The notes under the pieces: generated by a model | Databases searched by the model: none | The model's input: the letters and a program-made list of their open reading frames with translations, nothing else | What the model was told of the DNA's origin: nothing | Source of the DNA: Minisyncoccota bacterium | GTDB lineage: Bacteria > Patescibacteriota > Minisyncoccia > Phycocordibacterales > UBA9973 | Direction of reading: 5' to 3' | NCBI GenBank assembly: GCA_021734995.1 | Contig: JAIPHX010000005.1 | Coordinates: 4,099 to 68,098 of the forward strand | Length of the DNA stretch: 64,000 bases | Part shown: positions 28,404-38,663 of the stretch, piece by piece | Position numbering within the stretch: position 1 is the first letter of the stretch | How the letters are laid out: every line of letters begins with the position of its first letter | Program-made: the position numbers and the translations under genes

Positions 28404-31400
28404 ATGAAAACACTAAACATAACTGATTTTGATTCAATAATTCTAAAGTTGGCCTCTCCAGAACAAATAAAAGAATGGTCTTATGGAGAAGTGACCAAAC
28501 CAGAAACTATCAACTATAGAACTGGTAGAAGTGAACGTGGTGGGCTTTTTGATGAAAAGATATTCGGTCCAGAAAAGGATTATGAATGTTATTGTGGAAA
28601 ATATCGTCGCATAAGATATAAAGATATTATCTGTGAAAAATGTGGAGTTGAAGTTACTCGTTCTATTGTTAGAAGAGAAAGAATGGGACACATAGAGTTG
28701 GCTACACCCGTAGCACATATCTGGTTTTTAAGAGGAGTACCTTCTAGAATGAGTATTCTTTTAAATATTTCTGTTTCTGATCTTGAAAAAGTTGTTTATT
28801 TTGCTGGTTACATTGTGACCAAAGTACACGAAGAAGAAAAAGAATCAATGATTCAAAATTTAGAGAAAGAATATAAAGCTAAATTAAAAAATACTTCTGA
28901 TGAAGAAACTAAAGAAAAATTAAAAGAACTTTTCACTACTGCGAAGAAAGAGGTGGGAGAGATTTACGAAGGAAAGGTTTTATCAGAGATTTCTTTCCAT
29001 CATTTTTCTTTGAAATATGGAACTTGTTTTGAGGCAAATATCGGAGCTGAGGCTATTTATTATATCTTTAAAAATTTGGATTTAAATAAATTAAAAGTTC
29101 ATACAGAGACTATGCTTGAAAAAGCAAGTTCAGTTGATAAAGAAAAATTACAAAAAAGACTATCTCTCATCAGAGCAATGATTCATGCAAATATTCGTCC
29201 AGAATGGATGTTTTTGACTATAATACCTGTAATCCCTCCTGTCTTACGACCAATGGTCGCTCTTGATGGCGGAAGACATGCTACCTCTGATTTGAATGAC
29301 TTGTATAGAAGAGTAATCAACAGAAATAATCGTCTAAAGAAATTAAAAGAGATAAGCGCTCCTGATGTTATTTTGCGTAATGAAAAAAGAATTATTCAAG
29401 AAGCAGTAGATGCACTTATTGATAACTCTATTGCCAAACAAGGAGATAGCGCAATGAGTCAATCTCAAAAAAGACCACTAAAATCTCTTTCTGATAATTT
29501 GAAAGCTAAACAAGGATTGTTTAGACAAAATTTGCTAGGAAAGCGTGTGGACTACTCTGGTAGAAGTGTGATTGTGGTTGGTCCAAATCTAAACTTAAAT
29601 CAATGTGGATTGCCAAAACACATGGCACTAGAACTTTTCCGTCCGTTTATTATTTCTAAAATTTTACAAGCAGAATTAGCTTTCAATATTCGTGGAGCAA
29701 ACAAACTTATAGAAGAAAGAACTCCAGAAGTTTGGGCAATGCTTGAAGAAGTAATCAAAGGTAAGTATGTATTACTAAACCGTGCTCCAACTCTTCACCG
29801 TTTGGGTATTCAAGCATTTAATCCTATATTGATCGAAGGTAATGCTATACAGGTACATCCTTTAGTTTGTGCTGCTTTTAACGCAGACTTCGACGGAGAC
29901 CAAATGGCTGTGTATGTACCATTGCTTGAAGAAGCTCAAATGGAAGCAAAAGAATTAATGGCCGCAAATAAAAACCTATTGAAGCCACAAGATGGAAATC
30001 CTATAGTACACCCATCAAAAGATGTTGTGCTTGGATCTTATTGGATGACAAAATCAGTAGATGGAGAAAAAGGAGAAGGAAAAGATTTTCCAAATCCAAA
30101 TATTGCTATTACTGCATTTGAATATGGTGTAGTCTCTTTGAGAGCAAAAATAAAAGTGTTAGGTACAAATACAGATAAATACAAACAATTCAATGGTAAG
30201 CTATTTGATACATCTGTGGGACGTTTGTTGTTTAATAGTATTTTGCCAAATGACTTTCCTTATGTAAATGATGAAATGAATCAAAAAAGATTGTCTGCTT
30301 TGGTAGATGAACTGATAATGCATTATGGAGTAGACAATACACCACCATTACTTGATAAGATAAAACAGTTTGGTTTCAAATATTCTACTTATTCAGGTAC
30401 CACTTGGGGTATTGATAATATAAAATTACCAAAAGAAAAAGAAGCTATTGTAGCTGAAGGGAGAGAGCAAGAAAGAAAAATAGTAAATGAATGGCAAGAC
30501 GGTCTTTTGTCTGAAGATGAAAAACACCAAAAGATTATAGAAATTTGGACCCATGCAAAAAAGGAGTTAGAAAAAGTTTTGTCAGATACTCTTGATAAAA
30601 ATGGATCTACTTTTGATTTGTTTACTTCTGGGGCAAGAGGAACTATGACTTCTTTGATTCAGATGGTGGGAATGAAAGGTTTGATTCAAAATAACCAAGG
30701 TAAAACTTTGGAATTTCCAATTATACCTTCATTCCATGAAGGGCTTTCTCCAATTGAATATTTCGTTACTACTCACGGAGCAAGAAAAGGTGCTTCAGAT
30801 ACAGCTCTTAACACAGCAAAAGCTGGATACCTAACAAGAAGACTTGTAGATGTTGCCCAAGATATTGTGATTACAGAAGAGGATTGTGGAACAAAAGAAG
30901 GGAAAATTCTACATAAAGAAAATGTCTCTGGAATTGAAATACCATTATCAAAAAATATTAGAGGTAGAGTTTTAGCATCTGATTTGAAAGATAAAGATGG
31001 GAATGTAATACATAAAAGAGGATTCCTTATCACAAAAGAAGAAGCTGTAAATATTGAAAAAATGGGAGTTGAAGAAGTTAATGTTCGTTCACCCTTTACT
31101 TGTAAAACTGCTCACGGTCTATGCCAGCAATGTTATGGATTAGATTTGGGAAGAAATCATTTGGTAAAGTTGGGAGAAGCAATTGGAATTGTAGCAGCTC
31201 AAGCTATTGGAGAACCAGGTACTCAGCTTACATTGAGAACTTTCCATGCTGGAGGAGTGGCAGGAACAGATATCACTACAGGTCTTCCTCGTGTTGAAGA
31301 AATTTTTGAACGTAGAATTCCTAAAAACCCTGCTTTAATTTCAGAAGTAGATGGAGAAGTTATTGAAATAAGTGATAAAGGAACAAAAGAAAAATTAATT

Positions 31401-32024
31401 AAAATATTGGCTGATCAAAACGAAAAAGCAGTTGACGGTAAAAAAGAAGTAGAATACACTGTACCATTTCGTCGTGTTCCTATTGTAAAAAAGGGAGACA
31501 AAGTAAAAAAAGGACAATTGATCACAGACGGTTCTGCAGATATCTCTGAAATATTTAAATTGGCTGGTAAAGAAGTAGTAGAAGAATATATTATTCAAGA
31601 AATAAACAAAGTGTATGAGTTGCAAAGTGCTTCTATTTCTCGTAAACACACAGAGATTATCGTACGTCAAATGTTTTCTAGAAGAAAAATAAAAGATGCA
31701 GGAGAGACTAATTTTTCATCTGGAGATATTGTTGAAAACGTAGCTTTAATTGAAGAAAACGAAAGAGTAGAAAAATCAGGAGGTAAAACAGCAAAAGCGG
31801 AGATTATCGTTCTTGGTATAACAGAAGTTTCTCTACGCACAAAGAGTTGGTTGTCTGCTGCTTCTTTCCAAAATACTAATCGTGTGTTGATAGAAAATGC
31901 AATCAAAGGAGGGGTAGATAATCTTCGTGGATTAAAAGAAAATGTAATTATCGGAAGATTGATACCAGCTGGTACAGGTTTTAAACAAAAAATTCCTAGT
32001 ACACAAGAAAGTTCTGACAACTAG
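28404..32024 (+). CDS. rpoC: DNA-directed RNA polymerase beta' subunit
   Basis: Zn finger CYCGKYRRIRYKDIICEKCGVEV, catalytic NADFDGDQMAV and trigger-loop regions. Confidence 0.9.
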   Translation: MKTLNITDFDSIILKLASPEQIKEWSYGEVTKPETINYRTGRSERGGLFDEKIFGPEKDYECYCGKYRRIRYKDIICEKCGVEVTRSIVRRERMGHIELATPVAHIWFLRGVPSRMSILLNISVSDLEKVVYFAGYIVTKVHEEEKESMIQNLEKEYKAKLKNTSDEETKEKLKELFTTAKKEVGEIYEGKVLSEISFHHFSLKYGTCFEANIGAEAIYYIFKNLDLNKLKVHTETMLEKASSVDKEKLQKRLSLIRAMIHANIRPEWMFLTIIPVIPPVLRPMVALDGGRHATSDLNDLYRRVINRNNRLKKLKEISAPDVILRNEKRIIQEAVDALIDNSIAKQGDSAMSQSQKRPLKSLSDNLKAKQGLFRQNLLGKRVDYSGRSVIVVGPNLNLNQCGLPKHMALELFRPFIISKILQAELAFNIRGANKLIEERTPEVWAMLEEVIKGKYVLLNRAPTLHRLGIQAFNPILIEGNAIQVHPLVCAAFNADFDGDQMAVYVPLLEEAQMEAKELMAANKNLLKPQDGNPIVHPSKDVVLGSYWMTKSVDGEKGEGKDFPNPNIAITAFEYGVVSLRAKIKVLGTNTDKYKQFNGKLFDTSVGRLLFNSILPNDFPYVNDEMNQKRLSALVDELIMHYGVDNTPPLLDKIKQFGFKYSTYSGTTWGIDNIKLPKEKEAIVAEGREQERKIVNEWQDGLLSEDEKHQKIIEIWTHAKKELEKVLSDTLDKNGSTFDLFTSGARGTMTSLIQMVGMKGLIQNNQGKTLEFPIIPSFHEGLSPIEYFVTTHGARKGASDTALNTAKAGYLTRRLVDVAQDIVITEEDCGTKEGKILHKENVSGIEIPLSKNIRGRVLASDLKDKDGNVIHKRGFLITKEEAVNIEKMGVEEVNVRSPFTCKTAHGLCQQCYGLDLGRNHLVKLGEAIGIVAAQAIGEPGTQLTLRTFHAGGVAGTDITTGLPRVEEIFERRIPKNPALISEVDGEVIEISDKGTKEKLIKILADQNEKAVDGKKEVEYTVPFRRVPIVKKGDKVKKGQLITDGSADISEIFKLAGKEVVEEYIIQEINKVYELQSASISRKHTEIIVRQMFSRRKIKDAGETNFSSGDIVENVALIEENERVEKSGGKTAKAEIIVLGITEVSLRTKSWLSAASFQNTNRVLIENAIKGGVDNLRGLKENVIIGRLIPAGTGFKQKIPSTQESSDN

Positions 32025-32059
32025 TTCTTTTTAAAAGTTTTCTTTTTTAAATTTGCCTT

Positions 32060-33862
32060 ATGAATATTCAAAGCGGGGCAAGTACCCCTGTGCAAAAAAT
32101 TAAGGAGAGGCTTAGCATTGAAGAAGTTATTTCTTCATATATTAAGCTTGAACAGATTGGAGCAAATCTGAAAGCCAGATGTCCTTTTCATAACGAGAAG
32201 TCTCCTTCTTTTTTTGTTTCTCCTGACAGAAATAGCTATTATTGTTTTGGTTGTGGTGCAAAAGGAGATATTTTTACTTTTGTGGAAGAATTTGAAGGTT
32301 TGGATTTCAAAGGGGCTCTGAAGCTTTTGGCAGAAAAAGCTGGAGTTTCTCTATCTGAATTTAAAAAAGAGAATGTGGCTGAGATTTCTGAGAAAGAAAA
32401 ATTGTACTCTATCATGGAGAAAGCAGAAGAATATTTTGTTGCTAATTTGAAAAATGAAAATGAAGCTTTAGAATATTTAAAACAAAGGGGGGTAAGCGAA
32501 AAAACTGTTACTGATTTTAGAATTGGTTTTGCAAAATCTGAATGGAGAGGTATTGATGAAAATTTAGGAAAGTTTTTTTCTAAAATAGATTTAGAAAAAG
32601 CTGGTCTGATTAAAAAAACTGAAAAAGGATACTACGACAGATTTAGAAGTAGAATAATGTTTCCTATTAAAGATTCTAGCGGTAGAACTATAGCTTTCTC
32701 GGGTAGATTGTTTGTAAATGAAAAAGATAAAAATGAAGGAAACAAACTTGCCGAAGGAGCAAAATATATAAATAGTCCAGAAACTCCTATTTTCAAAAAA
32801 TCATCAGTTTTGTTTGGGATAGATAGAGCCAAGGATTCTATTAGAAAAAATGATTTTTCTATTATTGTGGAAGGTCAGTTTGATTTGATAATGTCTCATC
32901 AAGCTGGATTTAGAAATACAGTAGCTACTTCTGGAACAGCTCTTAGCGAAAAAGATCAATCCGAGGATTATAAAGTAAATAGTTTGGGTTTGATTAAACG
33001 CTTGTCACAAAATGTAGTTTTTGTTTTTGACCCAGACAAAGCAGGCTTCGCGGCTTCTATGCGTGCTGCCTCTATTGCTCTAGCTTTAGATATGAATGTG
33101 AAAGCATCAGATATTGGAGAAGGTATTGACCCAGCAGATTTAATCGCTCAAAAAGGAGTAGATGCATGGAAAGAAGTAATAAGAAACGCCAAGCATATTA
33201 TAGAATTTCTGTTAGATAAATTTATAAGTAATATTTCGAAAGACCAATTGAAAATGAAATTGGAGGTAGAATCCAAGATTCTTCCATACCTTGTATATAT
33301 CCAAAATCCAGTTAAAAAATCTCATTTTATTTCAGTTATTTCTCACAAGACCGGCATTCGAGAAGAAGACATAAGAGAAATATTAAAAAGTAAATTTACA
33401 GATGAAAAACAATATGAAAATAATGAAGATAAGATTTTAGACAAAAAGACAGATAGTATTTTGTTTAAAAAAGACTATATTTTGCGAAGGTTGTTGGGAA
33501 TAATTTTATGGCAAAAGAGTTTGGCGCAAAATACACTTCCTTTGGAAGATATTGTGCAAAAACTTCAAGTAATTTTAAATAAAAAAATAGAAGATGTTTT
33601 GTTAGATTTTGAAAATGATACTTCAGATTTGATTTTTGAAGCAGAAAACTTTTATAACATAGGTACAGACTTAAATCAGGATGTAAAAGAAATGTTGGCT
33701 AATCTAGAAGAAGAAAATTTAAAAATTATGTTATCACAAAAAATGTTGGATTTACAATTTGCTGAAAAAAAGAGTGATAAAGATAAAATAAATATTTTAT
33801 TAAAAGAGATTGGAGATTTGAATAATCAGGTCCAAAATATTAAAAGCGGTCGTGTGAAATAA
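32060..33862 (+). CDS. dnaG: DNA primase
   Basis: CHC2 zinc finger (CPFHNEKSPSFFVSPDRNSYYCFGCGAKGD) and a TOPRIM domain (EGQFDLIMSHQAG). Confidence 0.85.
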   Translation: MNIQSGASTPVQKIKERLSIEEVISSYIKLEQIGANLKARCPFHNEKSPSFFVSPDRNSYYCFGCGAKGDIFTFVEEFEGLDFKGALKLLAEKAGVSLSEFKKENVAEISEKEKLYSIMEKAEEYFVANLKNENEALEYLKQRGVSEKTVTDFRIGFAKSEWRGIDENLGKFFSKIDLEKAGLIKKTEKGYYDRFRSRIMFPIKDSSGRTIAFSGRLFVNEKDKNEGNKLAEGAKYINSPETPIFKKSSVLFGIDRAKDSIRKNDFSIIVEGQFDLIMSHQAGFRNTVATSGTALSEKDQSEDYKVNSLGLIKRLSQNVVFVFDPDKAGFAASMRAASIALALDMNVKASDIGEGIDPADLIAQKGVDAWKEVIRNAKHIIEFLLDKFISNISKDQLKMKLEVESKILPYLVYIQNPVKKSHFISVISHKTGIREEDIREILKSKFTDEKQYENNEDKILDKKTDSILFKKDYILRRLLGIILWQKSLAQNTLPLEDIVQKLQVILNKKIEDVLLDFENDTSDLIFEAENFYNIGTDLNQDVKEMLANLEEENLKIMLSQKMLDLQFAEKKSDKDKINILLKEIGDLNNQVQNIKSGRVK

Positions 33863-33885
33863 CATTAGAAAATAATTAAAAATTT

Positions 33886-35160
33886 ATGGCAAAAAAAACA
33901 TCTAGGAAAGTTTCCAAAAAGAATGTTAAGAAAGTAAAAAAAGTAGTGGCTTTAAAAAAGCCAGTTAAAAAAGTGACAAAAAAAATAAAAAGTAAGACAA
34001 TAGCCAAAAAAAAGGTAATCAAAAAAACTGCTAAGACGAAAAAAGTAGTATCAAAAAAGGTATCGAATTTAAAGAAAAAAACATCTGCCGAAAAAAAGAT
34101 TGAAGAGTTGAATCGCTTAGCAGATGAAATCATAGAGAAGGGTAGAAAGAGAGGATTTATTACTTATGATGAAATTTTGAAGTCATTTCCTGATATTGAA
34201 AATAATATTCTATTCTTAGATGAATTGTATGAAAGATTCTCCTCAGCTGGAATAGATGTGTTGGAGGGAGGTAATCTTCTTGACTTGGATAATGATGGAC
34301 TTGAAAAAGGCTTAGGGAAATCAGCAATGCATGACTCTATCCAAATGTATCTAAAAGAAATAGGACAATATTCACTTATCTATGCTAGTGATGAAAAAGA
34401 CTTAGCTAAAAGAATAGAGCAGGGAGATCCAGAAGCAAAAAATCTTTTAGCTAGAGCAAACTTGCGTCTTGTTGTTTCTATTGCCAAAAAATATGTCGGG
34501 AGAAGTGCAAACTTATCTTTACTTGATTTGATTCAAGAAGGTAATTTGGGTTTATTTAAAGCAGTAGAAAAATTTGATTGGACAAAAGGATATAAGTTTT
34601 CTACTTATGCTACTTGGTGGATTCGTCAATCCATTACAAGAGCACTAGCAGATCAATCAAGAACTATACGTATACCTGTGCACATGGTGGAGACTATTTC
34701 TAAATATAAACAGGTGCACCGTAGGCTTTCTCAGGATCTTGGTAGGGAACCAATGGCAGAAGAGATTGCTACTGAAATGGGTATTCCCGTAGAAAAAATT
34801 CATGTAATTGAAAATATTTCTCAAGAAACAATATCTTTGGAACAGCCAGTAGGAGATGATGAGGACAAATCTACTTTAGAAAATTTTATTCCAGATGATA
34901 AGATTTTAAGGCCAGATCAAGAGTCTTCTAGAAGAATTTTGTCTGATCAAATAAAAGAAGTATTGGAAGAATTAAATGACAAAGAACGCAAAATATTGGA
35001 AATGCGTTATGGATTGAAAGATGGAATTCAGCATACTCTAGAAAAAGTAGGTGAAGAGTTTGGTGTTACTAGAGAGCGTATTAGACAGATAGAAGCAAAA
35101 GTACATGAAAAACTTCGTCAAAATGAAAAGATTGCCCGTCTTAAAAATTATTTTGATTAA
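33886..35160 (+). CDS. rpoD: primary sigma-70 factor with an N-terminal tail of about 75 aa that is lysine-rich and histone-H1-like
   Basis: Region 2 ([39 protein letters not shown]) and region 4 ([11 protein letters not shown]). The N-terminus reads [33 protein letters not shown].... Confidence 0.85.
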   Translation: MAKKTSRKVSKKNVKKVKKVVALKKPVKKVTKKIKSKTIAKKKVIKKTAKTKKVVSKKVSNLKKKTSAEKKIEELNRLADEIIEKGRKRGFITYDEILKSFPDIENNILFLDELYERFSSAGIDVLEGGNLLDLDNDGLEKGLGKSAMHDSIQMYLKEIGQYSLIYASDEKDLAKRIEQGDPEAKNLLARANLRLVVSIAKKYVGRSANLSLLDLIQEGNLGLFKAVEKFDWTKGYKFSTYATWWIRQSITRALADQSRTIRIPVHMVETISKYKQVHRRLSQDLGREPMAEEIATEMGIPVEKIHVIENISQETISLEQPVGDDEDKSTLENFIPDDKILRPDQESSRRILSDQIKEVLEELNDKERKILEMRYGLKDGIQHTLEKVGEEFGVTRERIRQIEAKVHEKLRQNEKIARLKNYFD

Positions 35161-35175
35161 CAATAGCAAGTAATT

Positions 35176-35213
35176 TAAAAACCTCTGATTTTTTCAATCA
35201 GAGGTTTTTAAAT
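35176..35213. terminator. bidirectional intrinsic terminator between rpoD (+) and the dsbA-like gene (-)
   Basis: Hairpin aaaAACCTCTGATTttttcAATCAGAGGTTttta. Confidence 0.6.
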
Positions 35214-35217
35214 GTGT

Positions 35218-35967
35218 TTATTTTAAGTATTTATCTAAAGTAGCAGTAACCATTTCATAGGGTTGAGCTCCCATTATAACATCTACAAGTTTCCCGTTTT
35301 TTATTATAAAACTCACAGGAGTGCCGAGACCTCTATCAAATATTTTTGTCCCAAGAGTATTTCCATCAGTGATGGATTGTTCTATTTTGTTTTTTGGTTC
35401 TTCATTTTCCAAACAACTAGTAAACTTTGCTTTATCTAATCCTAGACTTTGAGCGATATCTGGAAGAGTGCTTGTGTCTAATCCATCGTTTGAAGTAGTG
35501 TTTTCAAATGTCTTATTGATATACAGCCAAAACATTGTATTCCCACCTTGTAGCCAAGCACACTCTGTGGCTATAGCTTCTATATATGCATTTTGGTGTA
35601 ATTGAGCAACTGGGTAGTGTCTATATACCCAAGCTATATCTTCTCCTTTTTCAGAAATTATTCTATTCATTGTCTGATGAAAAACTTTACAAAAAGGACA
35701 CTCAATATCTGAGTACTCTACTACCACTAAGCTTGCATTTTGGTTTCCTAAGATATGGTCTTCATTTGTGACTACAGGAAAATCCACCTCTGAAAGAGAG
35801 CTGGCCACATCCTTTTCTGTATTTTGAGGGGGAGGGGTTCCTTTAAGTAGAATTGCTCCTGCTATAATAACAGCTCCGACTATAAGTGCTTGGGCGATAA
35901 GCTTTGAATTAAGGGCTGATTCTTTTTTTAATTCTTTTATTTCTTCTTGTTTGGTTTCTGTTTCCAT
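35218..35967 (-). CDS. membrane-anchored DsbA-family thiol:disulfide oxidoreductase
   Basis: N-terminal TM segment. The CxxC motif sits in a thioredoxin-fold context (VVVEYSDIECPFCKVFH). A cis-Pro-like region is present. Confidence 0.65.
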   Translation of the reverse strand: METETKQEEIKELKKESALNSKLIAQALIVGAVIIAGAILLKGTPPPQNTEKDVASSLSEVDFPVVTNEDHILGNQNASLVVVEYSDIECPFCKVFHQTMNRIISEKGEDIAWVYRHYPVAQLHQNAYIEAIATECAWLQGGNTMFWLYINKTFENTTSNDGLDTSTLPDIAQSLGLDKAKFTSCLENEEPKNKIEQSITDGNTLGTKIFDRGLGTPVSFIIKNGKLVDVIMGAQPYEMVTATLDKYLK

Positions 35968-36127
35968 TATTTTTTTAAATTATTATTAACATCTGTATTA
36001 TAGCATTTGTTGAAAAAATGGTATAATTGATATATAGAATAAATCCTTGTTCAAACTGGTCTTTTGATAAGGATGAATTATAAATTAATAATAAAAATAT
36101 AAAATTATGTGTTGTAAAAACAGTTCA

Positions 36128-36391
36128 ATGGGTTGGTTACATATGTTAGTAAAAATCCTAGTTGTAGTTGGAGGAATCAACTGGGGATTGGTAGGAGTAA
36201 GTATGCTTATGGGTTCTGCTACACAGTGGAATGTGGTAAACATGCTTTTGGGAGGTATGCCAGTATTAGAAGGTGTTGTGTATCTTCTAGTAGGGGTATC
36301 TGCTATTATGATGCTTTGTGGATGCAAATGTTCAAAGACTTGTGCTTCAGAATGTTCTGCAAATCCTTCAACTCCAACTCAATCAATGTAA
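36128..36391 (+). CDS. DUF378-family small membrane protein with a Cys-rich C-terminal tail
   Basis: DUF378-like core (GGINWGLVGVSMLMG...VYLLVGVSAIMML). The C-terminus reads CGCKCSKTCASECSANP. The exact start is ambiguous (36107, 36128 or 36143). Confidence 0.6.
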   Translation: MGWLHMLVKILVVVGGINWGLVGVSMLMGSATQWNVVNMLLGGMPVLEGVVYLLVGVSAIMMLCGCKCSKTCASECSANPSTPTQSM

Positions 36392-36486
36392 ATTATCGGG
36401 GTTATATAGGTACTAAAAGAAAGGGGCTAAAAAGCCCTTTTCTTTGTTTTTTAAGGGTTTTGTGGTATAATTAGAGATATTTTATA

Positions 36487-37731
36487 ATGAGCACGATTTC
36501 TGAAGTTATATTCTATGTTCTGACCTTCTTGGCAGTATATGTCCAGGTTTTTTTCTTTGTTACTTTTTTTGAAAACAATAAAAAAATTCAGAACAGAAAA
36601 GGTTCAACCAAGTTAAAAAAATATAAAGGAGTAACAATCATAGTTCCTGCTTTTAATGAAGAAGCTACTCTCTGTAAGACAGTAAGGTCTATTTTAAATT
36701 TAAATTATCAAAAAGATAAGATAAAAATTATTTTAGTAAATGATGGCTCTAAAGATAATACTTTAAAAATGATGAATCGTTTTGCAAAGTATCCAAATAT
36801 TAGAGTTTTCAACAAAGAGAATGGTGGAAAACATACTGCTTTAAATCTAGGATTGGAAAATTTAGAAACTGAATATGTGGGATGTTTGGACGCAGACTCC
36901 ATTGCTGACCCTGATTCTTTAAATCGTATTATGAATGTATTTGAGAATGATCCAACCATAATGGCAGTTACTCCATCAATCGTAGTAACAGAGCCTAAAA
37001 ACCTCTTACAGCACGCGCAGAGAGCTGAATATTTCATGATGGTTTTCATAAAGAAAATGTTTGGTTTTATGGGTGGAATTCATGTGACCCCTGGACCGCT
37101 TACTATTTTTAATAGAAAAGTTTTTGATAATCTTGGCCATTACAAAGAAGCTCACAAAACAGAAGATATGGAGATTGCATTTAGAATGCAAAAAAACAAC
37201 TACCCTATAGAGCAATGCAACGATGCTTATGTTTATACCAATACTCCTCCAACCGTAAAAAAGCTTTTTAAGCAAAGATTACGATGGACTTATGGGGGTA
37301 TAAATATAATGTTGGATTACAAAGATATGTTGTTTAAAAAGAAATATGGGAATTTTTCTTACTTTACTATCCCTACTAGCGTTATCTCTGTCTTCTCTAT
37401 TGTCTTTTTTGTGTTAAAAATTATATATGATTTTGGTAAGTTTGTAGCAGATCAGGTTTTACAAATTAAAACAGTTGGTTTTAGTATGAGCTACACTTTG
37501 CCCAAAATTGACCTATTTTTTGTGGATACAGGGACATTTCTGTTTCTTTCTATATTGATATATATATTCGTGATTGCTTCTATTATGATTGGGTACAAGA
37601 TGGTTACAGGAAGATATAGAATAACAAAAGAATTTTTTTATTATTTTATATTTTTTGTTACTATTTCCCCATTTTGGCTTAGTAAAGCACTTTATAACAC
37701 ATTAACATCTAGAGCTCCTGATTGGAGATAA
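36487..37731 (+). CDS. processive family-2 glycosyltransferase (PgaC/IcaA/NodC/cellulose-synthase-like polysaccharide synthase), integral membrane
   Basis: GT-A motifs (IIVPAFNEE, LVNDGSKDNT, DXD in CLDADS). The hallmark QRLRW motif and several C-terminal TM helices are present. Its size (414 aa) is like PgaC/IcaA. Confidence 0.75.
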   Translation: MSTISEVIFYVLTFLAVYVQVFFFVTFFENNKKIQNRKGSTKLKKYKGVTIIVPAFNEEATLCKTVRSILNLNYQKDKIKIILVNDGSKDNTLKMMNRFAKYPNIRVFNKENGGKHTALNLGLENLETEYVGCLDADSIADPDSLNRIMNVFENDPTIMAVTPSIVVTEPKNLLQHAQRAEYFMMVFIKKMFGFMGGIHVTPGPLTIFNRKVFDNLGHYKEAHKTEDMEIAFRMQKNNYPIEQCNDAYVYTNTPPTVKKLFKQRLRWTYGGINIMLDYKDMLFKKKYGNFSYFTIPTSVISVFSIVFFVLKIIYDFGKFVADQVLQIKTVGFSMSYTLPKIDLFFVDTGTFLFLSILIYIFVIASIMIGYKMVTGRYRITKEFFYYFIFFVTISPFWLSKALYNTLTSRAPDWR

Positions 37732-37735
37732 ATAT

Positions 37736-38416
37736 ATGGAAAATAATAAAATTGATTGGAAAAAATATGTGATTGTTTTTTTTATAACATCCTTGCTTTT
37801 TATTTTAGCGTGGTACCTGAGTAATTATTTTAGTGAAAAAAAGTTATCTCAAATAAAAACTATTCAAAATGATATTGCTCTAGACATTTTGTCTTCAGAG
37901 ACTCAGTTTTCTCTTTTATCTGAACTTTCTTGTAAAAATATCACAGCAGAATCTTCTCTTTCTAAAGAGTTAAATGAAATGGGGCAAAAGCTTGAATGGG
38001 GAGAAGATAATATTGATGATAGTAGTGAGCTACTGTATCTTCGCAGATATTATTCTTTGTTACAAATAAAGGACTACCTTCTTTTAAAAAATATTTCTGA
38101 GCGTTGCGGGAATAAATATGCTTTCATTTTGTATTTTTATACAGATGTAGATAATTGTACAGAATGTAAAAGGCAGGGGATAGTATTGTCCTCTCTTCGA
38201 GAGAAATTTCCTAGTTTAAGAGTATATTCTTTTGATTACAGCACCAATCTTTCAGCTATAAAATCTATGCTTCAAATATACAAAGTAGAAGATACCAAGC
38301 TACCCGCATTGGTGCTTGACGATGAGCTTTTGACTGGCTTTCGGTCTATAGAGGAGCTTGAGACTAAGATAGAGAAGTCCTTTGCGTTGAAGGACGAGAG
38401 TAAGAGTAAGGAGTAG
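37736..38416 (+). CDS. membrane-anchored thioredoxin-like protein (CTEC active site)
   Basis: N-terminal TM segment. AFILYFYTDVDNCTECKRQG resembles the thioredoxin beta1-CxxC segment, and LPALVLDDELLTGF resembles the cis-Pro region. Confidence 0.5.
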   Translation: MENNKIDWKKYVIVFFITSLLFILAWYLSNYFSEKKLSQIKTIQNDIALDILSSETQFSLLSELSCKNITAESSLSKELNEMGQKLEWGEDNIDDSSELLYLRRYYSLLQIKDYLLLKNISERCGNKYAFILYFYTDVDNCTECKRQGIVLSSLREKFPSLRVYSFDYSTNLSAIKSMLQIYKVEDTKLPALVLDDELLTGFRSIEELETKIEKSFALKDESKSKE

Positions 38417-38625
38417 ACCTAATTTGTTTGTATAAAATTGAAGAGTGCTTTGATTACTTTTTAAAGTGTTTGAATTTCGGTATACTATTGACTCACAGGT
38501 ACTAATTTGGTACCATTTTAATATGGTTAAAAAGTTATCAACAAAGGCATACACATATCATTGGTTCCACAAATTGGAGCTAGTGGTTTTTGCGTAAGTA
38601 TCTAACTTTAGATAAACACTCAAAA

Positions 38626-38660
38626 AAACAGGCTCCGAGTAATTCGGAGCCTGTTTTCAT
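38626..38660 (+). terminator. strong intrinsic terminator hairpin that ends 3 nt before the start codon of the HAD-like gene
   Basis: aaaaaaACAGGCTCCGAgtaattTCGGAGCCTGTtttcatttt. Confidence 0.55.
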
Positions 38661-38663
38661 TTT

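Noticed and set aside
36133-36474. Alternative-frame ORF of 113 aa overlapping the DUF378 gene
   Set aside because: The other frame gives a clean DUF378 membrane protein. This frame gives a Cys/Arg-rich sequence with no features.
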